Shown piece after piece: positions 26,800-40,499 of a DNA stretch of 64,000 bases. How positions within the stretch are numbered: position 1 is the stretch's first letter; each line of letters begins with the position of its first letter. The notes beneath the pieces were generated by a model, which made no database searches, was not told the DNA's origin, and was given only the letters and a program-made list of their open reading frames with translations. Source of the stretch: Eledone cirrhosa. Taxonomy: Eukaryota. Both the position numbers and the translations under genes were made by a program. The stretch covers positions 73,904,001 through 73,968,000 of the forward strand of contig OZ024742.1 of NCBI GenBank assembly GCA_964016885.1, read 5' to 3'.

Positions 26800-27054
26800 C
26801 TATTCTAAGGCGGGTAAGACTCCCGAGATCCATGGACGAGTTCTCTCCAGCGGTCTCTGTCCCTCATTATCGCTGCCATGTCCTGCGTCTCCAACAGACC
26901 AGTGTCTGTCCTTAGGACATCAACATACGTTAACCTTGGTCTTCCTCTTCTAGTGTGTCCATGTAGGGGCTCCCAAAAGAGCACTGAGTGCAATGTCAAC
27001 TCTGGATGTCGGTGAGCATGTCCAGCTAACCTCAGTCTCCTCTGTGTAACCTCA

Positions 27055-27058
<4 letters not shown>
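26800..27058 (-). mobile_element. RTE-type LINE 3' fragment (another at ~47130-47590, minus)
   Basis: RRLRLAGHAHRH..LFWEP..RRGRPRLTYVDVL..DRDRWR. Confidence 0.8.
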
Positions 27059-27111
<53 letters not shown>

Positions 27112-27113
<2 letters not shown>

Positions 27114-27649
27114 GTATGTATAGTATATTTGGCAATACACCGTATGTTTAATTAAAAACATTTAGAAGACCATACGCTATCAGTTTTAAAGTAGTGACTA
27201 TGTCACTTCTTTTCGGCGAAAGAAGGTTGAGAAGCTGACAGTCTGTTTCACGATGATTGGCGTTCTAAACGGTATATTGCCAAATATACTATACATACAT
27301 TCATGTATACATCGCTATTTCAGAGCACCAATCCTAATACCTAATTTTTGCTGGACCAGCAATGGCGCTGTATAATCGGCTCCCGATTATTACTGGAATT
27401 CTATAAGAATCCAGCTTCTATAATTTTCGGCGGAAGCAGGGAGTACGTGGCTCTGATGAACGCCAATCATCGTGAAACAGACTGTCAGCTTCTCTCCCTT
27501 CTTTCGCCGATAAGAAGTAAGTGACATAGTCACTACTTTAAAACTGATAGCGTAAGGTCTTCTAAATGTTTTTAATTAAACATACGGTATATTGCCAACT
27601 ATTTCTATACATACATTCATGTATACATCGCTATTTCAGAGCACCAATC

Positions 27650-27653
<4 letters not shown>
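27112..27653. mobile_element. 315-bp hammerhead unit: partial tandem plus inverted truncated copy, between (TA)n tracts
   Basis: 27269-27338 is repeated at 27584-27653. 27112-27265 is the reverse complement of ~27458-27616. Confidence 0.85.
27449..27490 (+). ncRNA. Type I hammerhead ribozyme, GUC site
   Basis: ggct-CTGATGA-acg ccaatcat cgt-GAAA-cagactg-TC-agct. Confidence 0.85.
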
Positions 27654-27712
<59 letters not shown>

Positions 27713-27929
27713 TTATTTATTAAAATAACAGATTAAAGTTTAAGCAAAGAATCGCTTCTTTCACCCTTAACGGGATCTTCTGAAACTAACAAAATCAATC
27801 TGTGAACGCAGAAGTGAATATTTAAAAAAACGTTGCAACCGGGGGAGACAGGAAGACGATACTTTGGTTCGTGGAAACGTTCCCTGGCAAAGAATGGGGA
27901 AATAACGAATATAATACGTCATTATTTGG

Positions 27930-28113
27930 AGCGGTGGATTGGCAGTATCAGTAGAGGGTCGGACGCCATGCTTTCCAGCATAGTTACGTCCCTTTACGAT
28001 CTGAGTTCAAATCCCGCCGAGGTTGACTTTGCCTTTCATCCTTACGGGGTCGATAAAATAAAGTACCAGTAATGCACTGGGTAATTGCTGGCCTTGTGCC
28101 TAAAGTAGAAACA
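27930..28113 (+). mobile_element. Full-length SINE family A with TSD
   Basis: attatttggagcggtg at 27921 and 28114. Confidence 0.88.
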
Positions 28114-28594
28114 ATTATTTGGAGCGGTGAAAAACAATTACACGCAAAGACAAAACCACGTTTATGGTATAGAAGAAGTCGTAGCCTAATATTCTATTAG
28201 GTGGTTCATAGAGACGTTCTCTGGCAATGAACGGAAAAAACGAAGATAATACGTCATATGTGGAGCGTGGAGAACAATTGCACGCAAAGACAAAACCACG
28301 TAAATGGTATAACTGAAGTCGTAGACTAAAATTCTAACTAGGAAACCGAATGATTCTCGGCTTCAGAGTTAAGAATAAAGTAAATAAAATACAGAGATAA
28401 TTGAAATTAAATAAATACATACACGCATCCATATACATACATACACAAGCATACGCGAAAACACACGCCATAGGTATACAAATACACGCACGTGCACAAA
28501 AAAAACCCACACGCACATACAGAACCCACGCAACGCCTGTACCCGCACGCATACGAATGTATACACCAAATACACATAAAAATATGTATTAAAA

Positions 28595-28631
<37 letters not shown>

Positions 28632-28894
28632 CGTGTATACATATAATTAAATAAACATATATAAATAAATAAATACGTATATAACAAGCGCACACACATA
28701 CCTACATATAAATACACATATGTTCGGAGACGAACGTCAACCAAAACACAAAGTACACATATACACACACCCTACATCATTTAAACGAGGCTATAAGTTT
28801 GAAATGTATATATATAATTGGTGTTGGATGCTTAAAGCGTCCGTATGCGGTAGGCCGTATGAGCACTCGATGCTCTCATAGAGCAGAGTCTGAT

Positions 28895-29202
28895 ATCAGA
28901 GAAAAAAAGAGGGTCAGTGTTGCGACTAATGGAATTTATTGGACATATTACAATCGTTTCTCTGGCGACCAGCTCGAGGCACGATCGATCTGATGATCGA
29001 ACCTGACTCTGTAAATCGCAAGGTCCTCAGATACGTCTTGATTCCACGAAGCAGATTTTCCTATCAGGTCTGAGGATTTCTTGCGATTTTCAGAGTCAGA
29101 TTCGATCATCACATCGATCGTGCCTCGAGCTGGTCACCAGAGAAACGATTGTAATATGTCGCAATAAATTTCATTCGTCGCAACACCGATTCTCTTTTTT
29201 CT

Positions 29203-29208
<6 letters not shown>
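28895..29208. repeat. Imperfect palindrome (~135-bp arms) with long-stem-II hammerheads
   Basis: 28895-29031 versus 29069-29208; ends in (TA)n. Confidence 0.85.
28942..29037 (-). ncRNA. Type I hammerhead ribozyme with ~63-nt stem II
   Basis: gacgtat-CTGAGGA-[long hairpin with tcgatc/gatcga apex]-GAAA-cgattg-TA-atatgtc: 7-bp stem I. Confidence 0.75.
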
Positions 29209-29254
<46 letters not shown>

Positions 29255-29754
29255 TATGCTTGTGTGTCTGTATCTATATATATTTGCATGCATGAATGAA
29301 TACACTAAGCTTTAGATTTAGTAGAATGTACAACCACTGATTCCAGCTATTTGCACTATCGTATATTTTGGGTTCTAGTAATTCCCTGGGGAATTGGTTG
29401 ACCAAATGCTTTGCTTAATTGTTTTTTTTAGTTTTTTTTATTTTATTCTTTCTCTTAGATTCCAGGTATTTTTTGAAAGCATAGCATTGGCCCCTAAAAA
29501 TACTACAGTGGGTCCTGTAATGCTACTGTGGGTTCTCGCAATGCTACCGTGGGCCCCCTAGAGCCCACTTGCCATTGGGCAACTTGGCAACCTGGCCAGT
29601 CCGCCACTGTATATATGTATATATATGTGTGTCTGTGTCACAAAATATAGATCAAAATACATTATCTCAATCATATTATACCATAGATAGTTCCATGAAG
29701 ATAAGGGCTAAAAGTTTCTGGGCTTCATTTACAAAAATATTATTTAGGTATAAT

Positions 29755-30145
29755 TGTTTCTACTTTTGGCACAAGGCCAGCAATTACCCAGTACATTACT
29801 GGTACTTTATTTTATCGACCCCGTAAGGATGAAGGGCAAAGTTAACCTCGACGGGATTTGAACTCAAACCGTAAAGGGACGTAACTATGCTAGAAAGCAT
29901 GGCGTCCAACCCTCTACTGATACTATTTAGGTATAATAATGGTGTCTTATATAGGCACAAAGCCAACAATTTTGGTGAGGGGAAAGTCGATTAAATCGAC
30001 CCCAGTGCGTGACTGGTACTTTATTTTATCGCCCCCATAAGGATGAAAGGTAAAGTTAACCTCGCCAGGAATTGAACACAGATCATAACTCTATGCTTCA
30101 AAGCATGGCGTCCCACCCTCTACTGATACTGCCAATCCACCGCCC
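29755..30145 (-). mobile_element. Two adjacent SINE family A copies sharing one target site
   Basis: tatttaggtataat occurs at 29741, 29924 and 30266. Confidence 0.85.
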
Positions 30146-30147
30146 AA

Positions 30148-30398
30148 AAACCGCAGTCTAAGAAATTATGATTGAATTTAAAATTATAATGTAAGTAGAA
30201 TTGCGTTTGCCTTTAAATGTATTTTTGTTCACTATACTTTGTTTTAGATACTATACTATATATATTATTTAGGTATAATAATACATATAGTATAGTATCT
30301 AAAACAAAGCATAGTGAACAAAAATGCATTTAAAGGCAAAGGCAATTCTACTTTCATTATAATTTTAAATTCAATCATAATTTCTTAGACTGCGGTTT
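30148..30398. repeat. Palindrome (~115-bp arms)
   Basis: 30148-30262 is the reverse complement of 30284-30398. Confidence 0.9.
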
Positions 30399-30480
30399 CG
30401 GATGACGAAGAAAAAATAACAATTACCATAATTAAAATGATTAATTAGCAAATCAAGACAAAATCATCCTCTCCAGTAAG
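30384..30480 (-). ncRNA. Hammerhead motif with ~70-nt stem II and mutated core CUGGAGA
   Basis: ctta-CTGGAGA-ggatga..tcatcc-GAAA-ccgcag-TC-taag. Confidence 0.6.
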
Positions 30481-30731
30481 TTTGTCATACACAGTCTTTA
30501 CAAGAAAATTCAAATAAATTGACTTCTGTCGGTAACGACGCCACAATGAGTAATTTTACAGCCAAAAAAATACGCACATGTGTTTAAAAAAACCGACGTT
30601 TTTTTTTACTTCAAAAAGTAGCCGTTTCGACGTTAAAAGGTTACAGGTTAAGAGGAAAGCTACAAATAACTCCCCAAACGCCTCAAACACTACAACTCAA
30701 CCTAAATTAATTAATTAAGGGAGCAGTGATA

Positions 30732-30862
<131 letters not shown>

Positions 30863-30982
30863 CACGCCTGAATTAAAATTAAAAAATAGTCTAATATTAG
30901 GTAATATGAAACCCCATAACGGAAAAAGTAGACATCCGTTATGTGGATTTATATGCCCTAACATTAGACTATTTTATGAATC

Positions 30983-31067
<85 letters not shown>

Positions 31068-32017
31068 AATTGGAAATTTAGTAAAATCGAATCTCTGGCG
31101 TTTTGCAAGCAAATTCGGCCTACTTATATGAAATGATGAGTTAGCAAAGCATTCGATAAGGTAGGTCCTTAGAGTAATAACATACGTTTAAATAGCTTGA
31201 CAAATCGAACATTGTGGTAGGCAAAATCTAACACACAATAATATACCAAAGTAACAATAGAACTAACAGGTTGAGAAAAATACAACTGGACAAATCAAAC
31301 GAATATACGTTTAAAGTGTTTTTTTTAATCCGAAATCAAATATCAGACTTACGTGACTGGCAAGCTCGTGGTATTCATGATCGAACAGAGGATTCAGTTT
31401 TTCAACAGGTTTTCGTTCTACCCAGGACGGGGTGATAGGCTAAATGTTGCCGCTAGATGCAGCGTATCGTAATGAAATAGATATCTTTTTTACAAAAACA
31501 AAATAAAAATTTAGAAACATAGGTAAAGTTAAAAACAGCTCAAAATAGAGAAACTTATTATAATAATCAGCACAGTAAGGTATGTTTCATACTTCTTTGA
31601 AATAATTTTCCAAAAAAACATGTATACAAAAATCCTATTGTGCTAAAAATAATAATTACACATGAAGCAAATTATTCATTAACATAAACACCAAATACAA
31701 TTAATACATTAAATGTTGATTTACTAACGTTTCATCCCCTTCCCGGGACTTTTCAAAATCAGTTATTTAAGATTAAAAGCCTCATTATAACCTCGTCAAA
31801 ATACTCGACAGCCAGCAGCCAAAGAAAATGTTTACATTTAAAAAATCCGAAATGACGCCATAATGCATAGAAAATCTGTTGTCCAACAGAAATATAACGT
31901 TAACACATTACTATAAAAACTTATTTTAAAAATTAATAGATGATAAATATAAAGAGAGAGAAATATAAACTTGATAAAAAATATTATAAAAGGTAAGAAG
32001 GAAAAAAATAAAAACAT

Positions 32018-32090
<73 letters not shown>

Positions 32091-32821
32091 AATATAGATA
32101 TAAACATACATAAATATATACATACACTTACATCTACATATATATACACACACACATACATATACACATGTATATATAGAGATATACACCCACATACACG
32201 TATATATATGACATACATAACCACATACAAATACATACGCACACACACACACACACACACACAATATATATATATATAAGTCTAATGTCTGTCTTAAGCC
32301 AGAAGGCTCATTTGGCCGGTGCTTATCCCGGTTTCAACGCGTGAAGCGACTGAGAGTACAAGGCTTCCCCCTGGACAGGACGCCAGTCCATGGTAGGGTT
32401 AAACCTCCAGCTATTGCTGGTACTCATTTTCAGCTGAGTATACTGGAACAACGTGAAATGAAGTGTTTTGCTCAAGAACACGATATGCAACCCAGGAATC
32501 GAGCCCACGCCATAATGATCGTAAGTCCAACCCCCTTACCTCTAGGCCACTTGCCTCCATATATATATATATGTATATATATATATGTGTGTGTGTGTGT
32601 GTAAAGAGGATGCACAATAACAAAGGAGCAGAACAATTAACTTGTGTAGATTTAAACAGTAAAACAAAAATGCACAAAATTAGGAACAATGTTTGTAGAG
32701 TGGAAATATTTACGTCTAATAGAAAGAGAAGGGACGAAAGAAAAGTAAGATAATAAAAAAATAAGACAGAATATATGTGGTTTATTTGGCCACACATATA
32801 CACAGACACACACACGCACAC

Positions 32822-32911
<90 letters not shown>

Positions 32912-33299
32912 CGAAAGAGCTTTGACAATATATAAACAACCATCAAGTTATTAAACCAACCAACTGGAAATTTATAATAAATTGAAGTGAAAACCAACGG
33001 GTGCACGTGGTTTTTGTCGGCAGCATAACCCTCCCAAAGTATAATATATATATATGTGTGTGTGTGTGTGTGAGAGAGAGTAATAGATAGATGAGAGGAA
33101 ATTAGATAAGATGTTACGACTCAAGACCAGTAAAGTCATTATTCAACTTAGTACCTTATACTAAGTTGAGTGTAGATATTATTTTCGATAATTCCTGGGC
33201 AAAAATTCCTGCAATAATAATAATTGTTTCTACTTTAGGCACAAGGCTAGCAATTTTATTATCGACCCTCTAAGGATGAAAGGCAAAGCTAACCTCGGT

Positions 33300-36200
33300 A
33301 GTTACGAGACCTGAGGAAGTAACCGCAGAAGACAATGGTCTAATGGTTGAGATAAATAACATCTGGAGTAAATATATTGCCATTGAGAAAATGAACGCTG
33401 GCGGGTTAGGGCAATATTTTGTTGATATTCTGAATTTAATGGTGGATGAAATTAATAATCATACTGGAAAACCTATAAATCTAAGATTTGTAGACAGAAA
33501 AAAGTTAAAAGAAACGACATCTAAGGTAAACAGGGTTGTCCCATACCTTGAGGCGAAGAATCTTCACCAATGCAGCAATATCCTCAAAGCAGCCACAAAC
33601 GTGGTGAAAAAATTGCTTGGTATCAAAACAAGGAAAACAGACGAGATAGGACAGAACTTGGGTGGATGAAGCAGTTGAATGGTCAAATCAAGGAAATAAG
33701 AAAGGACATTACAAAATATAGATACCAAGGATAGATTAACACAGAAATACAACACTAAGGTAAAGGACTAAATGTTGTAATAGAGGAACTAAAGCAAGGT
33801 GTCATAGCAAAAAGTGCAAAAATCAAAGACATGAGAGCAGAGTTAGCCAGTATTAAAAAAACTGCATGTTTTACAACAATCAGATGTAATTTGAACAGCT
33901 TGAAGGGAAAGAAAGAGGCAATTATGCTATCTCTGAGGCTGAACAGACCCACACCTTTGGGAGAGGAATTTGGGAGCAGGATACTGAGCATAATAGTTGG
34001 ATAGAGTGGACTGAGACCATTAAAAAGGAGGTTAATGAACAACCACACCAACAACCTTATTTGAGTATCTCGGTTGAAACCCTTAAAAAGCAGGCCAATA
34101 AATTAACCAACTGGAAATCACCAGGCCAGGATGGTGTCAAGGATATTGGACTAAGAATATTACGTCTCTGGAAATCACCAGGCCAGGATGGTGTCAAGGA
34201 TATTGGACTAAGAATATTACGTCTCTCCACTTGAGACTGGCAGCCATGTTCAATGACTACTTGATGTCGGGTGAAGTATTGCACTAGTTGACAAATAGTA
34301 CTATGCTTCTAATAATGAAAGACCAAGCCAAGGGAAATGAAGTTACCAACTATCGGCCTATCGCATGCCAGTACTTGACGTGGAAGCTAACAGGCATTGT
34401 GTCTGAGGAAATCTACCACCACCTCAACATAAACAACTTATTGCTGGAGGAACAGAAAGAATCCTGAAAGAAGTCCTGTGGGATAAAAGACCAGTTACTT
34501 ATTGACAAGATGATAATAAAGAACTGCAAGAGGAGACACACTGGCATTGCCATGGGATGGATAACTTACAAGAAGGCATTTGACATGGTTCCTCATTTTT
34601 GGATAACCAAGTGTTTGGAAATCTTCAAGGTGGCAGACAACAACAGACTGCTATTAAGTAATAACATGAAGACCTGGAAGACAGTAAACATGAGGGGGGT
34701 GATCCTTGGAATGAGTGAAAATTATGAGAGGTCTCTCCTTTATTGTTTGTCAATACCTTCATACCCTTGTCCCTCGTATTGCGAAGAGTGAAGGCAGGAT
34801 ACAAGCTGGGAAGAGGAGAGCTTACCATCAGCTACCTCCTATTCATGGACGATATAAAACTCTTCGAGTAGAGCGAGAACGAGTTGGATGTACTTGGTAA
34901 CGCTGTTCGTATTTTCAGCAATGATGTATATATGTAATTTGGTGTTTATAAGTGTGGAGACTTAGTGATGAAGAGATGTAAATTGAAGAGAAGTAAAGGA
35001 ATCGAGGTACCAACAGGTGAGATGATCAAGGAGATCGATACTGAAGAGGGATATAGGTATTTCAGAGTTCTGGAGGTAGATAGCATCAAGGATAAAAGAA
35101 TGGAGGTAATAAGCTCTGAATACATAAGGAGAGTAAGGACCATACTAAAATCACAGCTGAATTGTAAAAATGTCATAAGCGCAGTAAATTCCCGAGCTGT
35201 GTCTATTATTAGGTACAGTGCGGGAATTCTTAAATAGAATGTAAACGAGGAAAAGGAATTGAATAGAAAGACAAGGAAATTAATGACCATCTACAGTATG
35301 TTTCGTTAGAAGGGTGATGTTGATAGACTGTGTATAAAAAGATCTGAAGGTGAAAGAGGTCTTATTAGCGTGGAGGACTGTGTCCAGGTGGAGAAGAGCG
35401 GTTTACACAACTACGTGTCTGAGAGTAGGGAGCCAATGTTTAAAGCTGTATTGAAGAAGGAGACAATAGACCAGGGGGTGTCCAAGAAAGAAGTAACAAC
35501 GATAAAGAGGAATAACAACCTGAATGAACAAGCCCTTCATAGCATCTTTTTGACGAAAACAATTCAGAAATCCGCAGATATGGGACTAGTTAAAGAAAGG
35601 GAACATTAAGAAAGCTTCAGAGGGAATGCTACTGGCTGCACAGAAGCAAACCCTTAGAACGAAGTGGATGAAACATTATATTGACAAGGAGGAGGCTAGC
35701 CCGCTCTGTACGATCTGTGGTGAGAGAGAGGAAACTGTGGTTACATCGTATCCGAGCGTAAACACCTATCCCCGACTCATTATGAATGATAGAGGCATGA
35801 TATCACAGAAAAAGTGATCCACTGGCATTTATGCAAACTAAATAATTTACCACATTCTGAGAAATGGTATGAGAATAACTCAGAGTCGGTGATAGAAAAC
35901 GATCAAGTAAAGGTGCTTTGGGAGTTCAGAATACAAACAGATAAAGAATTAGAACACAATAGGCCTGACCTGGTGGTTTTTGACAAGAAAAAAAAATCTT
36001 GCTTAATTATAGATGTAGCTTCCCCTTTGACATAAGAGTGCAAGAAAAGGAGAAGGCGAAAATTAAGCGGTACCAGGATTTAAAGTGGGAACTGAAAAGG
36101 ATTTGGGACTGTCATGAGATCAAGGTCGTCCCCATCGTCATAGGGGTACTAGGTACTACCGCGAAGAGTTTCCATGGCTGGTTAAAGAAAATTAACCCAG

Positions 36201-36330
36201 CCTCCTTTTGGGGAAATACTACAAAAACATGCCTACTAGGAACCGCAAGACTCTCCCATACATCCTGAATATCTGAGGCTGCAGGTAGCGACTTGATGAT
36301 CATTAGGGCAAATTTTGCAGTTAAATAGCA
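33300..36330 (+). mobile_element. Decayed Dong/R4 non-LTR retrotransposon (RT + CCHC + restriction-like endonuclease)
   Basis: [37 protein letters not shown] and WEFRIQTDKELEHNRPDLVVFD..IIDVA, with many stops. Internal 57-bp tandem duplication at 34111-34226. Confidence 0.9.
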
Positions 36331-36441
36331 TCAATGATTGAGATATCAAATTCATAAAATATATGTGTGTGACATAAGAGTCATTTGACAACCACTTTGA
36401 GCTGATTTGACAAGGACATGGTAATTTGATATCTTCTTTCC

Positions 36442-36509
<68 letters not shown>

Positions 36510-36802
36510 GCCCACACACACACACACTCACAACAGTGTGGACAAGATTGTCAGAGGTTAAGCAGCAGCTATCTATAGCTAGTTATCTATCTGTGTAAAT
36601 TTACCTATGTATCTAACTTCGGTCAAGAACAACAATAACACCAAAGCACAAATCCTAATAACAATTTGGAGGTAGATAGATAGATAGAGAGAGGGAGGAA
36701 GAAAGAGACAGACACACAGATAGACAAACACACAGGCATATATATATATAGAGAGAGAGAGAGGGGGGCAGACAGACAGACAGTAGATAGATAGATAAAT
36801 AA

Positions 36803-36841
<39 letters not shown>

Positions 36842-37080
36842 TATTTCTTTATTAGCCACAGGGGCACAAAAGAAGGGGACAAATACAAAGGGGGAAGTTT
36901 ACATACAATAAAAACGTGTAAAATGTTATCACAAATGGAATTTAAAAAGTTAGTCGATTTTCCCCAATAGGGGGAGACAGTTTATATGGGTAACACATAC
37001 CCCCGAAAAAATGTGCAACCCTCATCTCCAGGAGTACGAAGAGTTTGTACTCCCTTCCTCTCCTCCTCCTTTTCCTCAAC

Positions 37081-40000
37081 CTACAGGCTGATATAGAGAG
37101 AAGGCCCATTCACTCGGGCCATTCTCGCCACTTTCACCCACCTTTCATAAAACATCCTGATTCTTCTTCCAAAGTGGTATTTGAAAAAAAGAATCAGTTG
37201 TTGGCCGGAGAGAAAGGTGTCTGACCTCAGCCCTTTCAACCTTGTCCACCATACAACCTCTTTCGCCATAGCTATCACACAAAGGAAAACCGCCTCTCCT
37301 TCGTTTTTGAAGGAGGGTGGCGGTTTGATCATGACAATGGACTCGGTGGTCAACCGGATTGGTCCCACCCGCGACAATAGTCGTTCTACATAGCCCCACA
37401 GGTCAGTGACGCCCGGGCAGTGTATGAATGCGTGCGCGACGGTTTCTTCGTCTCGCACGCACCTCGGACAGATCTTTTTTGCAGGGTCCCTGCCCGGGCG
37501 CCCATTTCTGTAGAGCTTGTCTCGAACTGGTAGAGCTCCTCGGTAACACTGCCAGGCCACGGACTTTTGGAAGTTGTCCATCGGTCCCGGGCGGAAGGTC
37601 CTACCGAACAGACTGGCCAGTTCATCTTCCTCTACGCCTAGAGTTTCACCGAGCGCGTCGTCGCACTTGCTGCGGACCAACCCTCTATAGAATGACGAAG
37701 TGGAGTCTCCACTGATCGCCGAGTCCGCCTGCCAGAGGGCTGTGAGATGCCTGAGCACATTCGATGTGCCAGTCGCCCATTTTCCTCGGTCTTTGCTTGA
37801 CCCAGGACTGCAGCTCGGTCAGCGAGACGAGTCGTGGGAAGGCTCGCCTCACGAACGGGGCCCACACCGGTTGTCCGGTGAGGAATACGTAGAGATGCCG
37901 CAGCCTGAGTGCGTGTTTGCGCATCGTCAACCACACCATCCCCAGCCCTCCGTTAGAAGGGTGTTGGCAGCAGATGGATCTTCTCACCAAAGGAGCCCAC
38001 CTCTTCCAAAGGAATCGGAAGAGCGCGCGCTCCATTTTGGCGAGCGTTTTGGCTGGACAAGGCACGACGGTCAAGCGGTAGTAGATGGCGGACGCTATAA
38101 AAGTGTTCGCCACCTCCACTCGACGTTTCAAGGATAATTTGCACTCGGCCCACTTCTGTGTGAGTGCAAACACCTTGGCCGTCACTTCGTTCCAGTTCTT
38201 CTCCACCTGGAGGTCCGGACCAAACTAGACCCGAGCAGCTTTACCGGTCCTTCCGTCCAGCGTCCGACGACGCCATCGGAAGGCATCGGTTTGCCTCTCC
38301 ACGATCCGAGTTGCAAACCGATGGACTTGTCCCGGTTCAGCTTCGCTCCTGTGAGACTTTCGTATTCCTTCAGTAAGGTGCCGACTTCCTCGATTTGCGA
38401 GGCGCTCGACACCATTACTGTCACGTCGTCGGCGTAGGCCGACGCCGCTTTCCGCAGTCCCGGTTCCAGAGGGATGCCCTGCAATAGCTCCAGCTTCCGC
38501 AGTAGTGGCTCGAGAGTCAGTACGTACAGAAGGGAGGAGAGAAAGCATCCCTGTCGAATGGATCGCGTAATATGGAACGGCTCCGAGAGGTAGCCGTTCA
38601 CCTTGACCCTTGAGCAGATGTTGCTGTTGTGCATTGCAGCAATCCATCCCCTGAACACGGGTCCGAAGCCTGCCGCCTCGAGCACCGCATCCAGGTAACG
38701 ATGGTCAACCCTATCGAAAGCCTTAGACTGATCCAAGTTGATCAGGGCCCCACCGAAGCCGGGTTTACACCCTACCCTCTCTATGATGTATCGCATGAGG
38801 TGGAGGTTGTCGTGTATGGACCTGGTTGGGATTGCGCATGTCTGCGCTTCTCCCACCAGGTTCTCGACGACAAGCGCCAGCCTCTTTGCCAACACCTTGG
38901 CCAAAATCTGTAACTCTGTGTTTAGCAGAGTTATGGGCCGGAAGTTTCCTATGTCATCCCCCTTATTCTCGTCCTTCATGATTAGTGTGACTACGCCCCC
39001 GGTTACAGAACTGGGAATTCTCCTGTTCTGTTGCCAGTTGCAGTAGACCGCTTCCAGGAGACCGGAGAATAAGTCCGGCATTGCTACGTAAAATTCGTAG
39101 GGTAGACCGTCGAGACCTGGAGATTTGCGTTTGCCGTATTGGCTCAGCGCGTCCCCTATCTGAGTGGCTGAAATCGGCTTTTCCTCGCTGTCCGAGAGTC
39201 GCGGTAGGCCGTCGAGGTATGGACCAAAATCCATAGCCCCCCCCCCCCCCCCCCGAACAGTTGAGCAAAGTGCCGCTGAAAAGCCGCACACATCTGCTTC
39301 GGCTCACGTATCACGCGTCCGTTTTGGTCCTTCAAAGACCGAATCGTGGACTTGTTGCCACTTTTTGCCTCCGTCACTCGGACCCAGCTAACAGCTTTGG
39401 CTCCCTCGTTTCCCAGAGCACGTATTTTGCTTCTGACAACGCAGCCCTCGTGCTTTGCGTCGAAGAACTGGTCCAAGGCCGTTCTCGTTGCTAGCACGCT
39501 GGCTACGTTGCCACTTCTAATTGCCTCTTCTACTTTATCTACCAGTTCCTTCTCGGTTCTATTTCTATCTAACGCTAATTCTTTACTAAAAACTATCGAG
39601 TCTAATCTAACTGCCCTCTTGAGAGAGTACCACCATCTGTTGTTGATAATGGCCCCTGTCAAGTGCTGTTTAACTAAAGTGCTAATCCATCTACTGTAAG
39701 CTTTGCTTGTCGGTAACGACAAGTTCAGCTTCCAGTAGCCGGGTCCTTGTCTATGGGTTCTATCAAGGTTGGCCATGCAGGTCACTAGTTTGTGATCTGA
39801 ATAGGCAACCATGAACATTTGTGGACAGTTTAACATGTCCCTATCCTTATTTCTAACTAGAACCCTATCTAGGTACGATCTAGATGGTCCGCTACGATTA
39901 CTCCACGTCCACAGTGGCGCAGTCGGAAAATCTAGTCGATATCTATCGGCCAGGTCAAATCGGTCGATTAACTGTTTGAGGCTGTTACACCCCCCTTTAT

Positions 40001-40472
40001 CGGGACATGCTCCCACATAGTCCCAACGTGCATCTAGGATTCCACTCCAGTCCCCCACTAAAAGCAAGGAGCGGGACGTTCCCAGAAAAGTCTCTAGACG
40101 TTTGAAGAAGTCTGGCCGCGGTGTCCCGGATGGGGCATATGCGGCCACCAGCCTGGAGGCTCCACCTTCACTACCGTCAACGTCTAGGACCACCAGTCGA
40201 CCCTCCGGGTCCAGATGTACCGTCTGTGTTACGAGGCCCAGGTGTTTCCGCAGCAAAACAGCAACTCCGCCCCCACCCTCCGATTGATAGAGAGATGCGT
40301 AGATCTCAAAGTCATCGAAGATGGGGGCCAGCTGTCGCTCGCTGTGGATCCTGGACTCGCAAATGGCTACCACATCCATACTGTGCGACCTGAGGTCGTT
40401 TAAGAGTTTGCCCTGTTTCCAGGGTATCCCCAGGCCGCGTACGTTCACACATCCAACTCTTATATTGGCCAT
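37081..40472 (-). pseudogene. ORF2: apurinic endonuclease + reverse transcriptase + C-terminal Cys motif, frameshifted
   Basis: NVRGL, SYLDRV, SDHK, GPGYWKLN, KSPGLDGLPYEFY, FRPITLLN, LDQSKAFDRVDH, YADD and CPRC..ETVAHAFIHC, spread over four ORF-track segments. Confidence 0.9.
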
Positions 40473-40499
40473 GTTGGTGCTGAAAAGTTAAAAGAGGAA

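Noticed and set aside
27930-28030. tRNA gene
   Set aside because: The B-box-like motif belongs to a SINE head; no cloverleaf could be built.
28305-28372. Possible hammerhead (CTGAAGT..GAAAccga..tcgg)
   Set aside because: The core is mismatched and there is no stem I complementarity.
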